64,000 bases of DNA from Octopus vulgaris (Eukaryota): assembly GCA_951406725.2 (NCBI GenBank), contig OX597817.1:90272001-90336000 (forward strand), given 5' to 3'. Below the pieces are notes generated by a model. The model was not told where the DNA came from. It did no database searches and was given only the letters and a program-made list of their open reading frames with translations. Below are positions 14,888 through 28,769 of this stretch, piece by piece (the first letter of the stretch is position 1; each line of letters begins with the position of its first letter). A program made the translations under genes and the position numbers.

Positions 14888-15594
14888 CTACATATCTCAG
14901 GATGATGGGCCCCACAGAGGAATTGATAACAGACCAAGATGTCAGGCAATATGAAGTTCCTGAGAAGACCCACCTGCTTCAGTGAAACTGAGTTCCAGAA
15001 GCACTGTGGGTTCCATCCACATGTAACAATAAAACTTTTTCCACACCCTACCCCAACAAACCAAACTACGACTCTCCTCTTCCTCACAGTTCCTCTTTCC
15101 ATGCTCTACGTTTATGCTTATCTCTTACTACTCAGTCCTGCCTTAACTACTCTGCTCACTGTATCATTACTATCCTGTTGTTCCCTACTCCCCTCTATGT
15201 CCAGGTTTTACCAGTCACTGCATGCCCCATCCCACACCCCTTATATTCATGTGAATACCCTACCATTTATATTCTGACCCCATATCTTGAGGGTATGCAC
15301 TTCCACCTTGCCACCACTTACCTCTCCCTTGCTCTACTCTACCATTCCATTTATATTCTGATCCCCGCTCCTTTTGAGCATACCTTGGCACTTCACCACA
15401 TATCTCTTTTCTTGCTTTCTTGCAATTCTTTCTCTCTCTCTCTCTCTCTAACCAAGCAACCATGTACCTTCTCTACAACAAGACACCTGTTTCTGTTTCT
15501 TTGTCACACTCTAACCTTTCATCATCTGGCACAAGATTACCTCTTCCAATGCCTTATCTCCACTCAAAGGATCTTTGTCTTGCAAGTTACATGG

Positions 15595-15902
15595 TGACCT
15601 TTCCCTTGCTGGTGCCATGTAAAAAGCATCCAGTCCACACCGTGAAGTGGTTGGCATTTGGAAGGGCATCCAGCTGTAAAAATTCATGCCAAACTGACCT
15701 CGTTTGTGCTGGTGTCACATAAAATGCACTCAGTACACTCTGCCAAGTAGTAGATGTTAGGGAGGGAATCCCACTGTAAAAGCCATAGAAAAACAGAGAG
15801 TGAAGCATGGTGCAATCTTCTGCCTAGCCAGTTTTCTCAAACCATCCAACCCACACCAGCTTGGAAAGCAAACATTAAATGGCGATAATGATGATGATGA
15901 TA
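15595..15902 (+). mobile_element. RTE-tail-derived non-autonomous fragment
   Basis: GTGGTTGGCATTTGGAAGGGCATCCAGCTGTAAAA...CATCCAACCC...(GAT)n is homologous to the RTE 3' UTR. Further relics lie at ~19690-19865, 23340-23500, 24575-24700, 25515-25600 and 62195-62367. Confidence 0.7.
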
Positions 15903-17249
15903 TACACACATATACATACACATGCTCACACTTAAATACACATATATACAGATATATATACACATATACATAGACATATGCACATATACATACTTATGTG
16001 TATACATGCATATATACATATCTATATATAAATAGATATGCCTAGACATACATATATATACATATGTGTATACATGCATATATATATATGTAAATATGCA
16101 TATACATACATGAATACATACATTCATACACATACACACACACACATAAATATATGTATGTACATATGTACATACATACATGCATATCATTTCATATGCA
16201 CATTATGAGCTACTTATATTTTCATGCTGTGGAAACAGAACAATTTGGCAGATTTATATTTCATGGCTTGTGTATCTAAGCAATCCTTAAATACACATGG
16301 CTGCACTTATTTGGAAGCTAAGATATTGGTCAATGAGAAAACATGAGAAAAACAAGGTGAATACAAAAGATGGAATGAGAAAAAGTGTTACAAGAAAGCA
16401 AAAGGCAAATGAAAATGGGAAAAGAATGAAAAGGGAAAAAAACAAGAGTTGTATTCCCTGAAGACCAATAGCACATCACATACAATCAAGTGAAGCATTG
16501 TGGAGAAATCTATGCCAGATATAAATGGACCAGAGATGCAAGCTAGGTATAGTAGAAAAATCTTACATTCTTTTCAGATCCAAGAATTCCCCCACACTAT
16601 TTAATTCCAGATCTTAAATTTTTAGCAAATGCAAGCACATGGGTAAATTTCTTTTGTTGAACTGGAGGTCACCACTCTCTTCAGATTGAACAGCTGTCTC
16701 AATGACTTTGGTCTTTTCCCCATTGAATTATTCTGCTTCAACAAGATTAATTATGTTTACAATGGATAAAGGAGATGCATCTCTTTTCTTCTTTTCTTTA
16801 GTTTTCACTTTTATTCATCTTTTGTTATTTCATTCCACCTTTTCTCATTGTACCTTTTACATCTATTTTCTACTCATTTTTTTCATGTCTTCTCATAGAC
16901 CAGTGTCCTGGTTTTCAAATAAGTCCAGCGTTCTATTTTTCAAATAAAATAAACCTGAGGGATTGCTTGGAGACACAAGACTGATATATAGAGGCAGAGA
17001 CCATGTTTATGAATTAATTCATTCCTGACTAGATTCATAAAGTGAAAAATTTGTATAGTGGGATATTATCATCCATAAGAAACAATGAATATACCTTTAA
17101 TTGGTTCCCACTAAAGAAGATGGTTCTTAAACTTTCTAAAGTTGAAAAAAAATAGCAATATTCAAGAGTATAATTTTTGTATTAAATCACAAACTACAAA
17201 ATGAAAAAAAATTGAAAAACATATACGACAAAAAAATTCAGCTCATGAA

Positions 17250-19385
17250 ATTTAATTCGTATCAATCAGGTCTGCCATCACTGGGGCCTCTTGAGTGCCT
17301 CTGTCTATTCCATTTGTTGAGTTTCTTCTTGTTTTAAGGTTTGTTCCACATTAGTTTTCTTTGTTGCTTGTTGAAAAGATTTCTTCTTCATTTCATGCTA
17401 GATTTCCTAATAACAAACATGACTTCCCATTAAATTTGCAGCAACATTTGAGCTTCTTTCAAAATTGGTGTCTTGCAGCTCAAAGATTTCAATTGCTTTA
17501 TTGATGTGAAGAAATGCTTCATTTAGATTTTTTGCAGCAAAGCATCTTTCAGGTGATTATTATTATTATTATTATCATTATTCTTCTTCTTCTTCTTCTT
17601 CTTCTTCTTCTTCTTCTTCTTCTTCTTCTTCTTCTTCTTCTTCTTCTTCTTCTTCTTCTTCTTCTTCTTCTTCTTCTTCTTCTTCTTCTTCTTCTTCTTC
17701 TTCTTCTTCTTCTTCTTCTCCTCCTCCACCTCCTCCTCCTTCTCCTTCACGTTCAAACTTACTCATTTCTAGCAATACTTCATTTGTGATTTCCTCACTG
17801 ACAGCATAAAGAGCTTCTTTATCATCTTCAGGTGAAATTTCAAAGTTCAACTCCTTTCCAATGTTTATGTTTGTGATTGTATCCGTTTCTTTTGAAGACC
17901 TTCATGAAGATGATCAAATCCTTCAAAATTGTCAATTAATTTGGGGCAGAGATTTTTCCAAATTCCTTTCATGTTCTTCATGGTGACTTTATCCCATGCT
18001 TTCTTTGTCAACTTTATTGCATCAAAGATGTTGAAACGCTTCCAAAATTCTTGAATTGTAGGACCATTTTCTTTATCAGTCACTTTGAGGAGTTTTTCAA
18101 AGGTGAAACAGAGATAGTAAGATTTAAACGATGAAAATGCTCTTTGATCCATAGGCTGCAATAAAGACATTGTATTGGGAGGTAAAAAAAGAACATTAAT
18201 ATTTTGATGGTAATGCTTCAAAAATGCAGCATAACTGGGGGCATTATCCATTATCAAAAAAAATCTTGAAAGAAATTTTTTTATCCTTGCAATATTTTTC
18301 TACTTCAGAAAAAAGTGATTAGAAAACCAAACTTCAAATAGAGTTCCTGTCGCCCAACCTTTTTTGTTGTGCTTCCTGATTACCGGAAGTTTCATCTTAT
18401 CAATTCCTTTTAAAGCATGGGGGTTTTCAGATAAATAAATAAGCATGGGCTTGAGTTTGCAGTCCCCTTAGCATTGAAGATTCTTCTCTTGCAATAAAAG
18501 TCCTTGAAGGCATTTATTTCCAAAATAGATCTGTCTCAGCCACATTAAATATTTGAGATGGCATAAAGCCTTCTTCAATCAAATATTCTAATTGGCAAGG
18601 GAGAGTTTCTGCAACATTTTGATCTGTGCTAGACGGTTCTCCATGGATCTTCATAATGTGTAAATTTGCTTGTGCTTTGCAACAATCAAACCAACCATTG
18701 CTCACTACAAGTGTTTCATTTGATCCATCTGATTTTTCCTTAACCAAGTTAAAAAGGGAAATTGCTTTACAGCCAATTATAGCCTGACTAAGTGGCATAT
18801 AAAGTTTATGAATTTGATTGTTAATCCAAGGTGTCAGAACTTTTTCTGTGTGAAATTAAACATTCATTATCTTTTCTTTGTAACCAAGTTGAATTTATAG
18901 AGTGACTTCCTTTAACTTTCTTTAAATAATCTTCCTTTTGTTTCAAGATGGTACAAACAGATGAAGGAGCCATATTAAATTTTTTGATAAATCTATAACA
19001 GTTTCATCTTTTTCGTGTTGTTTAATTAATTCGTATTTTATTTCTAAAGTAATTGCTTAATGTTTCTTCTTATCCTTGCTTTGCATCTCACAATTCTTTC
19101 TTTTTGAAGCCATCATAAGGGTATTCAAAAAATAAGGATGTGTAAAAAGTTTAAAAAAAGATGAATTGAATGGAGGCACTAACACACTTCAGGCACTAAC
19201 ACACTTCAGGCACTAACACACTTCAAATCCAAAAAAGCAGTTGCAGGTGATTGCTCAAGGTAACAAATGTTGTCAGACTAGGAGTGATGCTTGTTGCAAT
19301 GGTAACCAATTTTTTTCATTTTTCATCTATAATTTGTAAAGATGAGGTTTCATAAATTGGGGTTGTGTAAAATGAGGCATGCCTC
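17250..19385 (-). mobile_element. pogo/Tigger-like DNA transposon fossil
   Basis: CENP-B-type HTH region (SNGWFD..LHIMKIHGE..FNVAETDLFWK, 18514-18798) and DDE_1 region (MDNAPSY..FLPPNTMSLLQPMDQ..SFKSYY, 17865-18257). A Tigger-like end GAGGCATGCCTCATTTTA lies at ~19367-19384, and a (TTA)/(TTC) tract interrupts 17554-17745. Confidence 0.85.
19174..19225 (+). repeat. 17-bp tandem repeat x3
   Basis: AGGCACTAACACACTTC occurs three times. Confidence 0.9.
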
Positions 19386-19937
19386 CATATATTTTGTTTC
19401 TACAGCATGAAACTATTAGTACCTCTTAAATACAGTGTATATTAAATGATAATGACCTATCTCTGGATGGAATAACTTTTCCTGTTGATCCTACCTATAA
19501 CAGAACAGTAAACTATAGATATGTGTATGTATGTGTATATGTGTGTGTGTATCTATCTATCTATTATACATACACACACATATATGCATACATATTTAGA
19601 TTTCTTATGTGTGTATGTAAAATTGTGTGTGTGTGTGAGTGTGTGTATGTTTGTGCCACCTCATCTTGACATCTTGCATAATTGTTGTAAATGAATGTTA
19701 TTCATTTCCAATATTCCGAGAAAAACATTTGGCCATGAGGAAATATTGCCTTGCCTGGAACCAGGCAAGGATTAATGAGAAGAAAGGCATCCAACTGTGG
19801 TAAATTAACCTCAATAAATACCATCCTACTTTCACAAGCATGGAAAAGGGAACATTAAAACGATGATATACATACATATATGTATGCATATATACGCATA
19901 TAATGTTATGATATACATACACATATACACATACATT

Positions 19938-19993
<56 letters not shown>

Positions 19994-20657
19994 ACACACA
20001 TGCACACACACATTACATACACACATACATATGCACACACAAACAAACACACACACACAAACACATATATATAATTATAAGTCTTAATGCAAGAAGATGG
20101 AGTAAATTTGTATAAATTCTGTAGATATTAGCAGAATTCCTGTATGACAGCATATAGTAGCCAATACATGTAAAGGACCACTGGAAAGCATACTATAAGG
20201 TTATTACACTTATGATATTAAATTATATAATTATGAGTCTGTATATACAATATAAGTGTATTATACATATACATATACATACATACATATATACATACAT
20301 ACATACATGCATGCATACATACATGAATGCATACATACATATATATATATGTATGTATATAAATATATATATACAGATACATACACACACATAACCATAC
20401 ATAGATGCACACACACGTACACAGAATTACACACACACACACACACACAATGGGTAATCTACTGATAATGTCTAGTTTCATCATTAAAGAAGAACATATG
20501 ATAAAAACATTCAATGTGTGCATGTGCATGCACTCATACATGTGTGTGTGCATGCAATGTATATGCATATATGTTTAGGCACACACAAAAACATATGCAT
20601 ATATGTTATTATTCTGAAATGTAACCAACATACTGATGACTGCATATAAATATATAT

Positions 20658-20788
<131 letters not shown>

Positions 20789-20810
20789 GAAAGACAGACT
20801 GATAGATATA

Positions 20811-20848
<38 letters not shown>

Positions 20849-22299
20849 CATACATAAACACATATTTGTTTGCTCTTAATTAACAAAAACTTGTGTCTTA
20901 CCCAATTAATTTTTATCAATATAGAATATGTTAGACATAAATTTAATGAGGTTGTTTCAAGTTATTTTTGTCTTTTTAAATAAGCATGTAGAATTACATC
21001 TGGCATTCTTTCCCCCAACTTCTCTGTATTGTCACCAATATTTATTGGGTGTTATATATTCTCACTACACTGATACTCAGTACTAATGGTTCAAACAACC
21101 AGTGGATGCCTCTCCCTTGCAATCTCCTCTCTGATTCAACATTAACATTGACACCTCTGACATGCAATGTCTTCTACGATTTTTTGCAAACAACTTGCAG
21201 ATGCAAATGTTACTGGCTGAAAGCTCCGCATGTCAGGTAGTAGCAAACTTATAGGGCCATCAGGAGAAAATGAATACAGTATCAGGGCCTTCCTCTCAAC
21301 AACATCATGATTGAGATGAGGCTCTGCTTGCTGGATCAACTGGTTGCTAGATTTTACTCAATATTCTTCAAGCCATTGCTCATCATGTCCTTTAAACCAA
21401 ATCTTGCCGCTCGCCTTCTCCATTGTAGCCTAGATATCACTCATGATGGGATCTGCTTTATAATGAGTTAGGCCTAGCAACAACAATTGCCTCACACAGT
21501 TTCCATGTTAACAGTCAACACGGCAGTTAACACTTCTCACTTGCAACATAATTATCACTACACCCATAACTCACCAACATCATGTCAATTCAATTTTTTT
21601 AAAACTGGACTGAGATGATCCCAAAATTTAGATTTGTTGCATAATTTAGAAGCCCCAGAGAATAACTCTAACAAACACAAAGAGATGTTATTAAATGCCA
21701 TAATACATTTTATGGTGCTCTTTTGTTTTTTGCCATTCATGTCTTGAAAATACTTGTTTCAAATGCAGACACAAACTTCAAATTTGGAGGTGGGGTTTAG
21801 TCAACCTTAGTATTGTTTATAGCACCCATATTGAGGATATACTATCATACATCTTTTACAAAATAAGTTAGGAATACAGTTATTAATATAATAGTTACAA
21901 AACAATTTTTTGTATCTATCTATACACAAGCACTCACTTATTTGCAAGCACCAATGATATGTGCACGTATACCCGTACTGCCCACTCACTGGCACACATA
22001 TACTCACAGTTTATTATTGTGTGTGCATGTGTGACAAAAGCATTCATTGCATCCATTTGAATCTTTTTCTCACTCTACTGCACACACACTTTTAGCATCC
22101 CCTTCCTACAGTATGACATATTGTGTTAAGTCAAAAGTTTTGCAATATTTGGCAACCTGTTTGCATTATTCATTAAGTTACCACAAAAACAGCTTAGCAT
22201 TCAAAGTGGAGGCCATCGTGTTGCACTGTCTTAAGCCATCTTACTGCCAGTTGTTTCATCCTACAGTGATATCTGTTTTTGTCCTTCAAGGTGAAGAAC

Positions 22300-22700
22300 T
22301 CTTTCACTAAAGCTTCCACTTCCTCTTGGTTGATGAAGCGTTGTGAGTAGATGAAGTGAGCTGTGGATCAGAGCAAGTTTTACAAATGTAGAAAAACAAC
22401 TTCACTATTTGGGGAAGCCCAACAGCATTTGGATGAAGATGCTGTGAGTTTCAAGTGAGGTGAGGTGGAACAAAGGGATCTGGAATTGAGAAAGGAAGTT
22501 CATCAGAGCACTTCATGTAGCTATGACAATAGAAAAGACTAAGACTGGCAACATCACATTGATGTGAATGAGGTTGCAGAATTGAAGCAAGAGAAGAAGA
22601 TTGATTCAATCCATTTGACAGGCTTCCACACAGTTGACATCTAATTTTATTCACAAAGCTTGAGTAGAACTGAAGTAGTAGTAAAAGATACTTGCTCACA
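22300..22700 (-). pseudogene. CR1/Jockey-group LINE C-terminal relic
   Basis: LQPHSHQCDVASLSLFYCH..KCSDEL resembles the L.pL.hRR.vasLslfYry..g.cs.el C-terminus. Confidence 0.6.
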
Positions 22701-23341
22701 ATATCATGCGGTATTTGAACCCAAAACCTTGTGACTGCAAAGCAAACTTCTTAACCATTTGGCCATGCTCTGTCCACTTATGCATAGTAATGTATGCAGG
22801 AAGACTTGACACTCTAACATAATAACCAAAAGATATTAACCAGTGATGGCATTAAGATGGAAAATAATTAGCAACTGTAGCATATTGGCATGAATTTGTT
22901 TGAAACGTACACATCACATCCTTAACATTACCAGATTCTTAGTATTGTTCAATTGTTTTATGGGTTGGGAGCTCTGTTAAATAGCCAATCCTAATTCAGG
23001 CTACTACTTAAACCTAATGTATAAGACTGAAAGGCATAACAATCCATGATATAATCAGAAATTAAATACTTTAAACAAACAATCATGCTATTCTTGCATT
23101 ACTCATGTGATTAGCTGTATTAAATGATGCATGTTAATTAAGGAATTCTATTACTTAGATAATCACCCTCATTAGGTTATACGAATTGATAATATTTTAG
23201 AAGATAAATAATATTGAAAATAAGGGATCTACAAAATGTGTCTTCCGTTTTTTATTTTTTTATTTACTGAGTCTAGAGGGAAAGGACGTGTCCTTGACCT
23301 TTGCAGGCCTTTCAAGATTGGAGATCATCATCATCACCACC

Positions 23342-23374
<33 letters not shown>

Positions 23375-25707
23375 TAATGTTCCATGCCAGTATGGATTGC
23401 ATGGTTTCACAGGACCCACTAAGTTCAAGAATTGCATCAAGCTCCAGTGTATCTGGGCACCCTTCCAAATGCCCACCACTTTACAGTATGTAATGGGTGT
23501 TTCTTATGGGCCACATACACTACTGAGGTTGCCACCTTATTACCAATAATAATAATAACAGCCTTAATTTATAGGAACTTGCTGGTTTGCTACTATAACA
23601 GTCTGTCTGTAGGGCCCTGGCTGATCTTGTACCTTCACTGGGTCCTGCATTTTGAATAGAAATATACAGTTTGTATGCCTAATTGGAGTAACAGTAATGT
23701 TAGTCATAGTACAGTCAGTGTGACAGCACAACCAATGATAATAACCACCATACACCACTGATATAGTGCAACAAAATCTGAAAGGAAAAAGCAGGGATCC
23801 AAAAGACAGTCCAGAGTTGAGAACAGTGGAAAAAAATTCATTGATGACCTATGTTATATGGGGAGTGAAGGATTTAAGTGAGTCATGTCTTACCAAAGGA
23901 GCTGAGCTGCAACAATTTAATAGGAACATTAAAGAGGCCAAGCCCAACAGTCTTAGAGGTACTACAAAGATCGTGAACACAGACCATTTTTATAGACTCA
24001 GCAAATAAATAAATAGATAAATAAACAATTATAATGTGTTAAATTGTTGGGGAAAAAAATGTAGTAAAATATGGTTTAAATGATTTTAAAACTTAGAACA
24101 GAACCCAACCACTCATAAAAGAGTGGCATTCAACCACCAAGGCAGAATAAGAACACATTATGATTGACCAAAGTCTGGAAATTGGATCCTCCAAAATTGC
24201 TTTTGAGAATCTTTGATCATGGTTGAACGATAAAGTCTCCCACACCATCTGTGTGGTACAGTTTTAATTATCAATAGACCATTGGCTTAGATTTTCTAAC
24301 AATTTATCATAATTAGGTTGGACATAATCATTTTGATCTTCTCATTAACCAGAACAGTATTTTATTGTTTGATCATTCTTTTTAACTTCCTCCACAGTTC
24401 CATTAAGCTGTGGTTTACATTTTGGACAACTGTTGAATGTTGTCTGAGAAAATATTTAGATGAGGACATCAAAGGTTTCATCATCACATTTTAACTGTTG
24501 TTTCCTATCAGAATAAGTAACAACATGTCGTTCACACGCACGCACACACGCACACACGCACACACGCACACATCCATCATCATCATTGTTTAATGTCTAC
24601 TTTTCCAAGCTTGCATAAGGGTCTGATAGAATTCTTTGAGGCAGATTTTCTACACACTGATATCATTCCGGTCACCAAACCTCACTTGTTTCCAAGCAAC
24701 ATCATACTCCCCATGGTAAGACATATTTTTCACAGAAGACCAGAAACAAAAGACATTGCTTATGATAGAGCTGCTGCTTAATTAAAGTCATAATGAGATG
24801 CCAAAACAAAGGTACACACACACACACACACGTTTCTGTCTACCAAATCAGCTCACAAGGCTTTGATCAATCCAGGGTGCCGTGCAGTGGGACTGGACTT
24901 CAGACCATATTGTTATTATCCCAAAGCAAATTCAGCCATAAATAAGAGTTTAAAAAATTCCTTGGAAGGAACAAAAGAAGAAAAGTACTTGTCTAACTCA
25001 AACTATATATCCTCAGTAACTCTAATAAACATGTTACTAAATGTACTAAAGCACTCCTTTTACTTTCTTCCATCAAATTAAATGTTTTAATCTTATTAGT
25101 GAGAAATTTTGTTTATATTTAGAATGTAACATAAAAGTATACAGAACAATGTAAACAAATGTCTATTAACAATATGGCTCAAAGCAAAATCAGCTATAAT
25201 TAATAGCATAATGGCTTAAAATACACTGGGCTATAAGAATACATGTATGTATGTACATACACACACACACCCACACATGACTATATATACACACATATAT
25301 TTATACCTATCTATCTATATATCTATCTATCTATCTATATATATATATGTGCATGTGTGTGTGTGTGTGTGTATGTGTATTTATACACACACAGATAACA
25401 CACATAGCCACTCATGCATATACAGCTATATCATATACACATATAGAAACATATATACATATATTTATATATGTACATACACATATACGTGCGTGCATGT
25501 AAATGTACATAGAGTAACATCATCATCTTCATTTAATGTCTGTTTTCCATGCTGGCATGGGTTGGACAGTTTGACGGGAGCTGACCAGCCGGGAAGCTGT
25601 CCAATCACTTTATTAAAGAACAGAAGTACAGTGATGATTATGTGCTATTTTTTTGTTTATAAAATCAGTTACTATTGAAACAATATATATGAATAAGAAT
25701 ATCATGT

Positions 25708-25912
25708 AAACAATTGCAGTGTGGAAGGTGTTTATAAGCCATTTAAGAAACACACAAAAACTGTTAGATTCACTTCAACATTTAAATTTAATTTGTCAAA
25801 ATATTTTCATCGCTTTGAGACCGCGACTGTTCACTGACAAAATTCCGTGCAGCACGGAATTTTGTGTGTTTCTTAAATGGTTTATAAATACCTTCCACGC
25901 TGCAATTGTTTT
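25708..25912. repeat. inverted repeat with central hairpin (probable Penelope-like terminus)
   Basis: AAACAATTGCAGTGTGGAAGGTGTTTATAAGCCATTTAAGAAACACACAAAA and its reverse complement at ~25859-25912. Internal palindrome ACAAAATTCCGTGC-A-GCACGGAATTTTGT. Confidence 0.75.
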
Positions 25913-26486
25913 CATTCCAGCACATGATCTCAGATCAGGTCACTTGCTATGCAAGTATATCTCTGTAATATCATGTAAATTTAAGCATAAATATTTTAAT
26001 TACCGGAACATGATATGCAATTACTGACGGCATTAAAAAGGCACAAGAAATGACTGTTACCTGCTGTAAGATAATTCTGGAAAAAATTGTTTCATTTTTG
26101 ATAATCAGTTTCGTATTTTAGCTAAGTATTGAAAAAATGCTAATCACCGTTTGGTTGCATCATAGTATGATCTTTTGTGAGGAGTAAATATAAAAAGCTT
26201 ATTGCTAGCAATGCAATTGAAAATTGACCAACAGTATATGCAGAAATTGTATTTTGAGACATAGTTGATAAAGTTGGATGGCTATGGGCCATGATGTGGA
26301 TGTCTTCAATGAAACTAGTGGATGTTCTGACCATCCTCGAGGAAGACAACAACAGAAAACTATTGAATGGATAGCCTATTCCATCAACTGTTTGCCAAAG
26401 ACATGAAAAGACCACTGTAGATATTTTGGCTGATGTTCAGTAGAAATACCATATGCAAATAGGTGTCACTACTATTGATTATATTC

Positions 26487-26698
26487 TTTTCTACTCTAGG
26501 CACAAGGCCCAAAATTTTTGGGGAGGGGGCCAGTCAATTAGATCGACCCCAGTATGGAACTGGTACTTAATTTATTGACCCTAAAAGGATGAAAAGCAAA
26601 GTCAACTTCAGCAGAATTTGAACTCAGAACATAAAGACAGATGAAATACCGCTAAGCATTTCGTCTGGCGTGCTAACATTTCTGCCAGCTCACTGCCT
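26487..26698 (-). mobile_element. Nin-like tRNA SINE copy
   Basis: Homologous to 11626-11857. Other copies lie at ~110-300, 30945-31145, 31297-31495, 31511-31950, 35688-35875, 38428-38630, 55026-55260, 55759-55970 and 59020-59350. Confidence 0.75.
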
Positions 26699-27384
26699 AT
26701 TGATAATATTATATGTTGATGGGTAGGAGGTAGGGTTGTCTTAGCAACATAATAGGCTCCTGGGAAAAAGGAGCAATGAACTGGGGCCTGTAATTTTAGT
26801 TTGTTGGCAGCAATATAGCAGAATGGATCCCCTTGACCCATGAAGCTCTTAGGTAACTGCTCAGAGTGCCCATGCCTTGAGACAGCACCTTATATGGATG
26901 TCACTACCACCAAAAGCACTTATGTTTATGGGTATCACTACCATTAAAAATTCTACATATTAAAGGGTGACACTATTGTTAAAAACATATGCAAATTAGT
27001 ATCAACACTATCAAAATTTGATTAAAGCAGTTCAGATTTGTGGAACATATGTAGATAAAAGGTATATGTTGCTTTGCATGCCTATATTCAGTGCACAAAG
27101 GAGTATAAGAGTGTGACATCATTATGTTAATCAAAGATCTAGCTGAATCACCTGCAATTTTTTTGTTTGACTGAGATGGCTGAGAGAATATTTATCATTT
27201 GATCAGTAGCATGCCTAATAGGGTCCTTGCACTGAAAAATGCAAAGGGCATGTCTGCTTAGATATTCACATTATAATAATAAATAAATAATTTGAATGTA
27301 TAATTTCAGATTTAAATAAATTTTAATGATTATAAGGGTGTTTATTTACTTCTGTCATGTCTGTGTATATATACATATATATTC

Positions 27385-27608
27385 TTTTATTCTTTTATTT
27401 GTTTCAGTCATTTGACTGTGGCCATGCTGGACCACCGCATTTAGTCAAACAAATTGACCCCAGGACTTATTCTTTGTAAGCCTAGTGCTTATTCTATCAG
27501 GTTCTTTTGCTGAACTGCTAAGTTACGGGGATACAGACACGCCACTATTGGTTGTCAAGTGATTGTGGGGTAACAAACACAGACACATACATACACACAC
27601 ACACACAT

Positions 27609-27674
<66 letters not shown>

Positions 27675-27835
27675 CAATGGGCTTCTTTCAGTTTCCATCT
27701 ACCAAACCCACTCACAAGGCTTTGGTTGGCTCAAGGCTATAGTAGAAGACACTTGCCCAAGGTGCCATTCAGTGGGACTGAACCCAGAACCATGTGGTTG
27801 GTAAGCAAGATACCACACAGCCACTCCTGCACCTA
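27385..27835 (-). mobile_element. tRNA/CORE-like SINE with internal (CA)n/(TA)n
   Basis: Near-complete copy of the 6960-7360 family. Other copies or fragments lie at 28765-28920, 30375-30500(+), 30565-30725, 32420-32540 and 49725-50110. Confidence 0.78.
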
Positions 27836-27901
27836 GTGTGTTAATACATACATACATACATATATATACACACACACATACACAAGTATATATATATATA
27901 T

Positions 27902-28430
27902 GACCCCCCCCCCACGTCCAATGAACAGTGCTGAATCATATCTGCTTTTCTTTTCATTAAAAAATAATTAAGCATGCCTTTATTTCAATAAAAATTTTCG
28001 TTTTGTTAAATGAGGTTGAGGCAAAAAAACATTTCTTGAGAAAGCAAATAGTCTTTCCTTCCTTCATGTCAAGTTTGAAGAAAATATCTCTTTTGCATCT
28101 TACTTTTTTGGTCTCTTAAATATACTGTATTTTGTGGAATTATTTCAAGCCAGCCGGCTTTTTTTGTGAAAACTGCACGTGCATTTTTCTCGCGTACGCG
28201 TAGTATCAATCGCAACAGTTGATGTACTTGCACATACAAATGCACGTTCCCACGGCTTTATCGATTGCATTCTCACCTGGAATCGAATTTTGTAATTTTT
28301 TCAAGACTTATACACGCCTTGATACCGTCAGTATCTACATATCAAATTTGAGTGCAATCGGATGGAGGATGCCCGAGATCCTAGAAAACAGACACACAGA
28401 TAGACAGAATGGATTTTATATTATATATAT
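27902..28430 (+). mobile_element. non-autonomous Helitron/Helentron-like repeat
   Basis: 27905-28200 recurs at 63445-63765. The 3' part CAAATTTGAGTGCAATCGGATG...ACAGACACACAGATAGACAG...TTTTATATTATATAT resembles Lep1/DINE-type ends. Confidence 0.5.
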
Positions 28431-28454
28431 ACATACACACACACGTGCACACAA

Positions 28455-28485
<31 letters not shown>

Positions 28486-28566
28486 TACACACACTTCGTT
28501 TTTGTATTTGGTTGGCAAGATTCTTTATGTGAATTTGTGTGTTGAAGCATATTTTGTTGCGGCTAG

Positions 28567-28727
28567 GGAGAGTCACTCTGTTTTAATGCCTTGTTAATTA
28601 ACACACTCACTGGTTCAATCTCCACTCATTTACTTATTTATTTTTTCTATAAATAAATAAGTAAATGAATGGAAATCAATCTGGTGAGTGTATTAATTGA
28701 TAAGGCATTAAAACAGAATGACTCTCA
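28567..28727. repeat. imperfect palindrome
   Basis: GAGAGTCACTCTGTTTTAATGCCTTGTTAATTAACACACTCAC... pairs with ...GTGAGTGTATTAATTGATAAGGCATTAAAACAGAATGACTCTC. Confidence 0.8.
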
Positions 28728-28732
28728 ATGTC

Positions 28733-28769
<37 letters not shown>

